Shown one piece after another: positions 11,533 through 21,880 of a DNA stretch of 64,000 nucleotides (within the stretch, counting starts at the first letter, position 1; each line of letters starts with the position of its first letter). Where the stretch lies: positions 1 through 64,000 of the forward strand of contig MU626370.1 in assembly GCA_025603075.1 (NCBI GenBank), given 5' to 3'. A model generated the notes under the pieces. That model was not told the origin of the DNA. It saw nothing but the letters and a program-made list of their open reading frames with translations, and did not search any database. The position numbers and the translations under genes are program-made. The stretch is from Neoconidiobolus thromboides FSU 785. Taxonomy: Eukaryota; Fungi; Entomophthoromycota.

Positions 11533-14514
11533 ATGGAAGAGTTAGAAAATTATTTTGAAATTGATAAATCGTTACAATTTGCTGAAGAAAATAGCCAAAA
11601 TTCGGAAAAATTTCATCAACCTAGTCCAAGATATAATGAGCACATTGATTATGGAGAAATTGAAAAGATTAAAGTGGTAGGTCGAGGTGTTTTTGGTAAA
11701 GTTTATAGGTGTCGATATCGAGCTCAAATTTATGCTTTAAAAACATTAACCAATTCCTTGATGTTAACTTCAAAAGAAAAGGAACGTCATGTTCAAAGTT
11801 TAAAATTAGAAGCAAGAGCTTTATCACAGATTCGAGTATGTGATTATGTGATTGAATTAGCAGGCACCTGTTTAGATAAATCAAACCAAATTTGTATCCT
11901 TATGGAATATGTACATGGGCCTAATATGCACCAATTTATGGAAAATTTTCACCATCGTTTACCTTGGAAAAAGAAAGAAGCTTTAGCTTGGGAAATAGCA
12001 GCTGGGGTAACTTTTATTCATGATAGAAATATTTTACATCGAGATTTAAAATCAGATAATATCCTTATCTCCTTATCTCCTTTATCTGATACTGAAAAAT
12101 TAGAAGTGGATATCTCTGATTTAATTAAGTGTGAACCAAACTTACAACATATCCATGCCAAAATTGCTGATTTTGGTATTTGTAAAATCACCAATGAAAC
12201 TTATTCAACCAAAGAATCCTTCCGTGGGGCTGGTTCTCCACCTTGGATGGCACCAGAATTGTGTATGGATGAAACTTTGGTACCGACAAAACAGAGTGAT
12301 GTTTATAGTTTAGGTTGGATCCTTTGGGAATTAGCTGTCTCAGATGGTCGTCGACCTTATGAAGGGCATACTATGAACCAAATCTTCCAATTTAAAGTTT
12401 CTGGTTATGTAGAACCTTTACCAAATGAAATTCCAGAATATTATAGGGAATTGGTCATTGCTTGTACTTCTTACGAACCTTTGGACCGTCCCTTTGCTGG
12501 CCAAGTAATGGAAACAATTCGAGATGAACAAGAAGCGGATAATGGGGAAGACGAATTAATCGGCTATTATGAAACGTTCGGACAATTGCATGGTACTCAC
12601 AACTTTCATCCTACTCGATTGTCCAATGTCAATGATGTTAGTATGCCAAAAGATAGAGCATTTGGTGGTGAATCAAAGGGGATCAATTTAGCTTCTGAGG
12701 CTTCTTTAAAAGAGTTTACAACTCCAGAAAAAAAAGAAGCACTCTTAGAAAGTTTAGCTAAAAAATGCGTTGAAAATGATTTTACAGCTCGTACGGATAT
12801 GCTAATACTCTTTGGTATAAGAGCAGATACCGAAGCTATCTTATTATGTGGTATGGGGGATTGTTATAGTTCTGGATCCCATGGATTTACTAATATTGTT
12901 CGAGCGATTATATGCTATGAAAATTCAGCAAGTTTAAATTATTCCCCAGCTATCTGTAAGCTAGGTTTATGTTATCGAGATGGTATAGGAAAGCAACAAT
13001 CCATTACTAAAGCTATTCAATGTTTCGAAATGGCAGCTGAATTGGATGATCCTATTGCTCAATGCTGCCTTGGTGAATGCTATACTTTAGGGATTGGGGT
13101 TGACCAAGATTTTCAAATGGCTTTGCAATTTTTTGAACTTTCAGCGGGTAAAGATAATTCAGATGCTCAAATGCAATTAGGTAAATGTTACTATAATGGG
13201 CTTGGGGTTAAAGTAGATACTAATAAAGCTCACAATTATTTTATGCTTGCTGCTTCACAAGATCATCCAGAAGCACAATATATCCTCGGTGTAATGTATG
13301 CCCAAGGGATTTCTAAACCACCTAATAAGGTTGAATCTTTTAACTTTTTCCTTAAGGCTGCCTTACTAGATCACCCAGAAGCACAGAATAATGTTGGTAG
13401 CTGTTATTATTTTGGAAGAGGAGTAGAAAAAGATTATGTTAAAGCAACAGAGTGGTTTTTTAAAGCTGCATCCCAAGACTCAGCTTCAGCACAAAACAAC
13501 TTAGGTCATTGTTATGAGATGGGCCATGGAGTAGAAATGAACACTTCAGAAGCATTTAATTGGTTTCAAAAAGCAGCGAACAACCATCATCCAGGGGCAC
13601 AAAATTCATTAGCTAATTTTTATATGGCAGGGCGAGCAGCACCCAAATCGCCTTTTTTGGCATTTGAATGGTATAGTAAATCAGCGGAAAAAAACCATCC
13701 AAGAGGGCAAAAAAATCTTGCACTTTGCTATTATGAAGGAGTGGGCACAGCAAAAGATTATAAAGAAGCGTATTATTGGTATACAAAGGCAGCTGAACAA
13801 GGTAATGTTGATGCTATGATGAAATTAGGCAAATTGGCTAGCAATGGAGAAGGCGTAACTGCTGATTATTCGCTTGCTTTTTATTGGTATAACAGAGCAG
13901 CTGAGACGAGTGATCCAAATGCACAAATTGCAGTAGGTAAATGTTATTTAAGAGGAAAGGGGGTGCCTAAAAACCTCGATGATGGATTTTTATGGATCTC
14001 TAAAGCAGCTTCACAAGATAATATGACAGCTATCACTTACCTTGGTATTTGCTTTTTAAATGGCCATGGATGTACTAAAAATCCTATCAAAGCTTATCAA
14101 TGCTTCTTAAAGGCATCTACTATGGGATCAGCCCAAGCTAGTTTTAATCTCGGTGATTTGTATCGTAAGGGAGTTGGTACGCCAAATGGCTCTGATTTGT
14201 TAAAAGCAGTCGAATATTACGAAAGAGCAGCAAGTAAACGCCATGCTATGGCCTTGTTTTATCTTGGAGTATGTTATCATCGTGGGTTAGGGGCAGGTAC
14301 GGATTTAAGTAAATCTATCAATTATCTTAAAGAATCCATATCGTTGGGATGTAAAGAAGCGGAGTATTATTTAGAAAAAGTCAAGGCATTGAATAGTAGT
14401 CCAAATGTTAAAAATAGCATAGAAAATAAAAGACAACTTCATCCAGGTCGACCACCATCACCAACAGGTAACAATGTAGAAAACCACAAAGACAAAGACT
14501 GCCTTATTTTATAG
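11533..14514 (+). CDS. TKL-type protein kinase + 14 SEL1 repeats + CaaX (CLIL), paralog 1
   Basis: GRGVFG, ALK, HRDLKSDN, DFG and WMAPE motifs; 14 LGxCY..G SEL1 units counted by eye; ends KDKDCLIL; intronless. Confidence 0.92.
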   Translation: MEELENYFEIDKSLQFAEENSQNSEKFHQPSPRYNEHIDYGEIEKIKVVGRGVFGKVYRCRYRAQIYALKTLTNSLMLTSKEKERHVQSLKLEARALSQIRVCDYVIELAGTCLDKSNQICILMEYVHGPNMHQFMENFHHRLPWKKKEALAWEIAAGVTFIHDRNILHRDLKSDNILISLSPLSDTEKLEVDISDLIKCEPNLQHIHAKIADFGICKITNETYSTKESFRGAGSPPWMAPELCMDETLVPTKQSDVYSLGWILWELAVSDGRRPYEGHTMNQIFQFKVSGYVEPLPNEIPEYYRELVIACTSYEPLDRPFAGQVMETIRDEQEADNGEDELIGYYETFGQLHGTHNFHPTRLSNVNDVSMPKDRAFGGESKGINLASEASLKEFTTPEKKEALLESLAKKCVENDFTARTDMLILFGIRADTEAILLCGMGDCYSSGSHGFTNIVRAIICYENSASLNYSPAICKLGLCYRDGIGKQQSITKAIQCFEMAAELDDPIAQCCLGECYTLGIGVDQDFQMALQFFELSAGKDNSDAQMQLGKCYYNGLGVKVDTNKAHNYFMLAASQDHPEAQYILGVMYAQGISKPPNKVESFNFFLKAALLDHPEAQNNVGSCYYFGRGVEKDYVKATEWFFKAASQDSASAQNNLGHCYEMGHGVEMNTSEAFNWFQKAANNHHPGAQNSLANFYMAGRAAPKSPFLAFEWYSKSAEKNHPRGQKNLALCYYEGVGTAKDYKEAYYWYTKAAEQGNVDAMMKLGKLASNGEGVTADYSLAFYWYNRAAETSDPNAQIAVGKCYLRGKGVPKNLDDGFLWISKAASQDNMTAITYLGICFLNGHGCTKNPIKAYQCFLKASTMGSAQASFNLGDLYRKGVGTPNGSDLLKAVEYYERAASKRHAMALFYLGVCYHRGLGAGTDLSKSINYLKESISLGCKEAEYYLEKVKALNSSPNVKNSIENKRQLHPGRPPSPTGNNVENHKDKDCLIL

Positions 14515-15024
14515 TCTAATGGGGTCTATTTTGCTATTACTAACCTTTTTAAATATTGTTGTTGTTAAGTATGAGAACTTTTGATTTAGTATTATTTTTA
14601 ATATAAATTAATTAACTATTTTATTATAATATTTTATTTTATAATATTTTATAATATGGGGTTGTCTGAACTAGTTTCATTATTTTATTCAATTTTTAAA
14701 TATTTTGTATTTTAAAAACTTCGCTTAAAACTCTATGAAATAATTTTTTTATTAAAACAAAAGTACCCTGACACAGTTCTAAACCATTCTATTATAATTT
14801 GTACTCTAAGTTGGCTGAATTTCTACTAGATCTTAAATATATATTCTTATAAAACTTTATTGAGGAACGTTTATTATTGACTCCTTTATAACCAACATTG
14901 CAGATTTGTTATCAGATAAATAAACTATTTTAATGTTATAATTACATTATTAATATATTGCCAAGTCAATAAATAGCTATATGAGAGGGAGTGGTTAGCC
15001 CCAAAACTATAATTAACCATCCCT

Positions 15025-15127
15025 ATATGGGAGTGTTTTGACTTCACTATTTTTTCCATTTTTTAAGCGCTATTTAAGCGGAAATTTTGTTAGTAAAATT
15101 CTTAAACACAAAAATACATCCCCATAT
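15025..15127 (-). mobile_element. MITE copy
   Basis: ATAT-GGGAGTG...TACATCCCC-ATAT. Confidence 0.9.
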
Positions 15128-15221
15128 ATTACAAATAATATAATAATAGTTTTTACTTATTATTGCAACTACTTATTGACTATTTATTAACTTAGCTATT
15201 AATAACTTAAGTAATATCAAC

Positions 15222-15324
15222 ATTTGAGGATGTGTTTTCTTGTTTAAGAATTTTACTAACAATCTTTCCACTCAAATAGCGCTTAAAAAATGGAAAAATA
15301 ATAAAACTAAAAACAGCCCCATTT
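15222..15324 (+). mobile_element. MITE copy
   Basis: ATTT-GAGGATG...AACAGCCCC-ATTT; perfect TSD ATTT. Confidence 0.9.
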
Positions 15325-15449
15325 AATAGTCTATTTCTATCATTTAACAAACTACTTACTTGCTTAGTAAATATCGAAAATTTTAAATTCTCTGTTATTT
15401 TCGTAGGGTAAGCTGGGATTAATCTTTTAATTTTTGTATTTTCTATAGA

Positions 15450-16900
15450 CCCTATGATTCCAATTGGAGCTATATCGCTTTTTTGATGTATTAAATACTG
15501 GATAACAATGCAGTTTATTGCATGTTTAATAAAATCTAGATACTTCTTAATGCCTTGTATCTCTATTATTTTGTGTTTTTGTTTCTTTCATACTTTTTAA
15601 AAATTATATCTGTTTTCCCATTATCAATAGTCAAGTTATTAATTTTACCATGTTCACAAGTAAAAGTCTCAAACCTTGAAATTAATTGATTGATGTTTTC
15701 TATTTTACCTGATGCTTCAAAACTATTTTCCCATTTTGAAAGATTCCCAAAATGTCCATCAACTATACTTTTTCCATCATGCTCAGCAAAAAAATTAAGG
15801 TCAACGTTCAAACTACTATTCATTTTAGGAATTTGTTTAAATATATAATGTAGGAACTCTTGAGATTTAAAATGATTTCCTGTACCTGCCCATATATCAA
15901 TTTTTGTAAACTTTTTAAAAAGCTCTGTAGAGATTAAATCAATTAAAAAACCTCCTGCATATCCTGAATCATGATTCAATATTTCAGATAAATAATCAAA
16001 ATAAACTTTGCCTATTGTTTTATCATCTTTTAAATATAATACACCAAAGCCTAATACTGATATAGCTTGTTTATTATGATGATCTAGATTTATTGAATCT
16101 GGTCTTGTTCCTATTTCCATATTTTGTTTAAAATCTAAAATCATTATACAACTTCTATTATTTAATTTTTAATAGTTTCATTAAATGTGTTTTTTTGAGT
16201 ATCAACACATAATTCATCTAATTTGTATAATTTTTCTTCATTGAAAATTTCTTCTACCTCTGCTTTGTTTTTTATTACTGTATTTATTTTATTTTCAAAC
16301 AACTTTTTTCTAACTGTATACTGGGCATATATATTACATGAATATGTTTTTTTACATTTTTGAAATTATTTGGTATATGTTTAAAAAAGGTTGACCTAGC
16401 TACTACTTTATCTTTTAAATCATTAAAATATTTACTATATGAGAATGTATTTTTATGTTTAAGAACTTTACTAACAATTCTTTCGCTCAAATAGTGCTTA
16501 AAAAATGGAAAAATAATGAAACCAAAAAAAACATCTCCATATATCATTCTTCTACTTTTTACTTTTATTTAATATATATTATCTGACGAATATTTACTAT
16601 CATTATTTTTTTATTAAATCTTAATGAAATAGTTGAATTATTTAGTCAATGTTGTATAATAGTTTGAATTTGGTCATCTTTAATTTTTTTGTATTTTTAA
16701 TAATAGGTTGTAACATTGATATTTTATTACTATTATTATTTATCTTTGAACAATTATATTGATTTCTATTTATATTAAACCCAAAACTTTTACACTCATC
16801 AAAAGAATATACTGAAGCTGTAGTTGATAATAACGCTACTTGTTGATCTTTATTCTCTGTTTTCCTTAATGTACTAATTTTATACATTATTCGTTAAGTT
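15450..16900 (-). pseudogene. Decayed DNA-transposon transposase, Sola2-like, interrupted by a MITE
   Basis: LDFKQN, IWAGTGNHFK and FFAEHDGKSIVDGHFG resemble the DF.EN / W.DG..Q.K / HGK..DG triad motifs; upstream VARSTFFKHIP.NFK; stops and frameshifts; boundaries approximate. Confidence 0.65.
16437..16542 (+). mobile_element. MITE copy inserted in the transposase relic
   Basis: ATAT-GAGAATG...ACATCTCC-ATAT; removing it plus one ATAT restores the frame KVKSRRMIYSKYF. Confidence 0.9.
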
Positions 16901-17460
16901 TATTATTATCGATAGTAAACTTTGATAATATATCTTTTCTTTGTTTTGTTTTATTATAAGATTCCATAAACACTGGGTTGTTATAATTAGCTCTTAATTA
17001 ATGTAAATAAATTACAATGTTTATATTGTGTACTCCTCCCTATTGTATTGAAATTTTCAAAAATTCCATTTCAAAGTTTAGTTATGAAGTTTGCATTTTA
17101 TTTTTATTTCACCAAAAAATAAAGTCAAATAACTCTATTTATACAATTATATAGTTATACATTATATATTTACTAAACATTTAACATAAGTAACATGAAA
17201 CATATAATTAGGAAAGTTAGCTATTTAAGAAAAGGAAACAATTAAAATAAGTTTTAAATAAAGATTAAATTTAGGCTTTTTAGATTTAACCGTTGCATTA
17301 GACACAAATTTAAAAACTTAAAATTTGGATTAACTTCTAAATTCTGAAACCAATTTGGACAACCTCATATTTTAATTGGCTATTAGCTAAGTCATGTTTT
17401 TCAGCTTATATAAAATAAAATTGATTACATATTTCTTTTAAACATGATTGCAGTAAAAAG

Positions 17461-18173
17461 ATGGGATCAGCTAGTAGCTTGCAAGTAGAAGAAAAACAAA
17501 ATAGATTTCGCGTAATAACTCAAGTAATAAAGGACAACTATAACCAAACAGATCTTCCAACTTATTACAATCTAAGAATAACACAAACAGAACATAATTT
17601 TGAAATGGAGCTAATACTAAAAGAAGAATTTCTTATTAATCAAGGTAACTTAATACGTATTTCATGTTAATCCTTTAATCTTAATAAAAACATTCAAGTA
17701 TTTAATGAGCAATTTAACAACCATCTACAGTTTGGTAACCCCAGAAAGTTTACTTTTAGTTTACTTGATGTTAGTGGAAATTTAGGTCTTAATGAAGACT
17801 ATGCACCTATCGCAACTGAAATTCATTATGGACAAAAATATAGGTTTGAGTTGGATGAACATTCGGAAGAAAACAAAGCAAGACTTAAAAGCTATAGTAA
17901 AATTAAGTCTTACTTCAGTAATTTTAATTATTACTAGATTATCGATACCGAAACCTGTCTAATTGTGGTGCTCTAAATACTTGGGGATCTAACTCTTTGA
18001 GTACTGTAAATGGGCCATCGGGATCCACTTCTTGGTTGGATTCTAAACTTAAAATTTCCGTAATTGTTTCAGCCACTATTATAAGTAAAGAATGGTTATT
18101 TATTTGTTATCCTATTTTGTTTACGATAATAATATTTCCTTTTGTTCAACTTTTTTACTGTTATCAATTATAA
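17461..18173 (+). CDS. Hypothetical protein with N-myristoylation-like start (MGSASS) and hydrophobic C-terminus
   Basis: Hand-built 3-exon model (introns about 17645-17698 and 17897-17937) gives an open frame of ~205 aa; the first acceptor is a weak AAG. Confidence 0.4.
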
Positions 18174-18499
18174 AAAATGAAGATATTGCTCACTAAAGCT
18201 AAGCCATATTTAAATAATAGTACTGAATACTAATAATAAATGAAAGTCCAAATAACATCTATAGCACTGAACTCTTTTAAAAAAATAAAGCTTACCATCA
18301 TATTACAATCTATTAACTATTGAGACGAATATAAGTTTAAAATACATGAACCCACTTGAAACCTAAATTTTTATTTATTTATTTATTTTCATAATCCCTG
18401 GTACCGTAAATGAATTAGTAATAAAAATATAAAAGGCCGTTACTATACTCTAACTTAAATAAATCGTTTTGATAAATTAGAACTGTCCTCTATCACACT

Positions 18500-19579
18500 T
18501 TAAAGATTAGCCGGATTCTTTTCTCTCATAACCCACTTAAAATACTCGTAAGCTGACCAACATAAAGCTGTGGATGGAGTATGAGATAACATCCTAGGTG
18601 CTAATCCCCTAAAGAATCCTTTAACCCCTTCTCTAGCATATATTAATTTTGCTCCTTGGAAAAGTCCATTTACGTTTTTAATTTCTAAGTCGTTTGATGT
18701 ACCTCTAGTTTGTAATAAGGTTTTAACCACATCTAAAGGAGTGGTAGCACCAGCTGCTACTGCACCTGCAATACCACCAGAAACAACATGGGATAAAATC
18801 GAGTATTCTTTTTTAGGGTTCATAAAATCACTCATAGCTTCATAAGTGGTGAATTGAATAGCTTGAAATGGTACAGTCATTGTAAGGGTGGTTGGATAAG
18901 AGATATAAAAGGCTCTAAGTCCTTCTTTCTTTAGCATATCTTTGGAGCACGCTATAATACTTTTATAGCTTGAACCATGGACTTGCATACGTTGTTTGAT
19001 TACTAGATTGATTTTCAGACAAAATTGGTTTAAAATAATAATTAAATTTACCATCAAATGGGTTCATAAAAGCGTCTGAAACGATGGTAGCACAAGCGCC
19101 AGAAGCAGCTAATAAGTTTTATTTAATAATCATTTAATATACATATATAAATCAACTTACCAATCCCTAAATGACTTTGTCCATTTTGATTAAAATATAA
19201 TTTAGCTTGCTCATAGGTACCAAAATATAAAGCGTGTGCTGGGCCTGCACCTATTACTACTGAACTAACACCACGCCATAAAGTTAATGCTCCTTCAGTT
19301 GAAGTAATCTTGGTAAACGCTTGGGCAACACCATTATATATGGCTTGTGGGTTGGGATTTAAAACTTGCATACGAGTCTAATGTAATTGAAGCTTAGATT
19401 TAAATTGTTCATTGGTTATTATTGTTTCTAAATAACTTGTTTTAAAAATAAATAATTACCTTGATTGAGTCAAATGGATGCATAACTACATGCTCAGTTA
19501 TACCTGCTAAAGCACCAGCTAATAATTGAGTTCCAAAGGTAGCGTTCTCTGGTAAACTTTCGTAATCTACTTCAGTCAT
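18500..19579 (-). CDS. MRS3: Mitochondrial iron carrier (mitoferrin), 4 exons
   Basis: [10 protein letters not shown]...[20 protein letters not shown]|[24 protein letters not shown] and [10 protein letters not shown] carrier signatures; MRS3 versus MRS4 cannot be distinguished. Confidence 0.9.
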
Positions 19580-21880
19580 TTAATTTGGTTTCTCTATTTT
19601 AGTTTTGTAAAAAGTATAATCTCAAACTAATTGTAACTTTTACAATTTTTATATTATCAGATTGATTAATAATTTAATTTGGTGTGAAAATCGACTTTTT
19701 AATCTGGGGTAGGTTGGGTTTAATTTTAAGCTTAACTTTAATTAGTTGTCTTTTCAGAATATCTAACATTGTTGAATTATCATTATACTTGGCTTCCAAA
19801 TCGTTGCAATCTGATTGGTAACCTCGGATCGTTTTTCCAGCTTTATGGATGATTTTAAATTTCCATATGCTTTCTGTGCCAACTTGAGTCAGCTTTTATC
19901 TGATGCTTCAACTCAAGCTGGTTTGTTATCTGCTGACTACTTTATTTAAAAACGTTTATATGATAGATGAATGGATAGTATATATTATTATTATACACAA
20001 GATAAACAGTAAGTTTTATTAATGAAGATATAATAAATTTCACTATTGGCAAACATGTGTGAAATCTGATTAATCGATATTTTTTCAAGAATAGAATTTA
20101 ATAGATAACGTAAATTTTATTATATAAAATGATGTTTAATATTTATTATATTATATTATAAAAAAACTGCTAATATGATAAACAACTTAAGGATATAATT
20201 TCAAATGCTAAATAAAATTAAAATGGTATAATATTCTCATACATAATTCATTTTTGGGTCTTAAAGAAAAGTAGTTAATAAACAACATAGTAAATAATTT
20301 AGAATCTAGTTAATAAAAGAATTAATATATGTCTCTCTGTAGAATTTCCAATACATGACAAATAATAAATAGTTTAATAGTGAATGTAACCTGTAAAATA
20401 TTTTCATTTTTACTAAAACAATTATATTTCTGATGTAAAGGACTCTCCAATTGAATTAAATTTGATTACTTTTTTCAAAGTTTAATTCGCTTCTAAAAAT
20501 TAAATTGAAACATTTCAAGGATATTTTTTAAACAAAGAGGAATTTCTATAAAAATACTTATTAGATTTGAAAATGTATTTGTTCAATAAAAATAGCAACA
20601 AGTTTACTAATATAAATAGGAATATCAATTTTCTTTAATCAGCTTGTTTATTTTATACATAATTTAAAAATCGAAAAATTGTAAAATTAAGTGAAAACAT
20701 GACTCTGTTTTATTTATTTTTTATGATATCCTTTAAAAAAATAAATTATAATATTAACTTTTTTGACAAACGATATATTGCTACTCACAACAAGCACATA
20801 ATTGTACTATTATTTATGTCTTTTCACTTCGATAGTTGTTTTAAATAGGTAAACAAGCTGTAAAATATACAGTCTTGTTTTTTTTCATTTTGATTTAGTG
20901 TGGATTATTTTTTATGCAAACTATTATATTAAATTTTTTTAGCTTAATTACTTAATTAAGGTTAAAATAAAGCGATACTTGAACCTTAAAAAGCAGAAAG
21001 CTTAAAGTAACCATTTGAACTACTATTAAAATAATTAAAGTAAACAGGGAAGTGGATTGATTATAGTGGCTTCAATTAAAACGCTAATTCACATTTGCAT
21101 TTTATGTAGATAATATTATCTTGATAGCAAAAAGATGTCAGGTTTACTTATACAGGTTTAATTTATACAATAAATTGCAAAAAAATACAAAATAGCTATT
21201 TGTTTAAATTGGATTTTTAAATATATTGATAGTTACTATACGTAATGGAAGTTGAGAATTTACCCTTAATTTGGAAAGAACAGTTCACTTAATGAATTGT
21301 TACCTTTAAATATAGAAGGTCACGAAATGGGCAAAAATGAATCGCTCTCTGAGCTAAAAATCAACGCATAAATTTGTTTAGTTTTACTAAAAAAAGTTTT
21401 AAAAGTTTTAAAACAAGAATTAATTTAATAGCTTTACTGGGGATAGAAAATAAAACAATGAATTATACTCAATTTAGGCTTCCTCAATTATTGGTAACAA
21501 AAGTTATTGAAGATTGATTGGCTACCATTAAAGTTTTCGGAACATCCAAGTTCTATAACTTTTGTTATTTCATGTATTTAATTATGAACTAAGATTGATA
21601 ATTAATAATTCCTTTCACTCATTTTTCTCTTATTTTTTTTCAAATTTAAGTACTATTATACCGTTCGGTTTTAATTTTATTTGGTTTTTTTACTACCTTT
21701 AATTAATATTTAACTTTTGTAATTTAATAAATAATATCAAGACTCCTCGAATTTGAAACTATATCAACTATGTAAGTTCAGCTTTAGTTTGAGGTTCATT
21801 TCTTTGATACTCTATACTTGTTTTTGAAATATTTATTAACTTATTTATTATAGATAAATCCACTATCTTTTGAAAGCAAA

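Noticed and set aside
14977-17045. TIRs for the Sola2-like transposase (GAGAGGGAGT near 14981, CTCCTCCC near 17033)
   Set aside because: Poor complementarity, no matching TSD, and no similarity to the MITE TIR.
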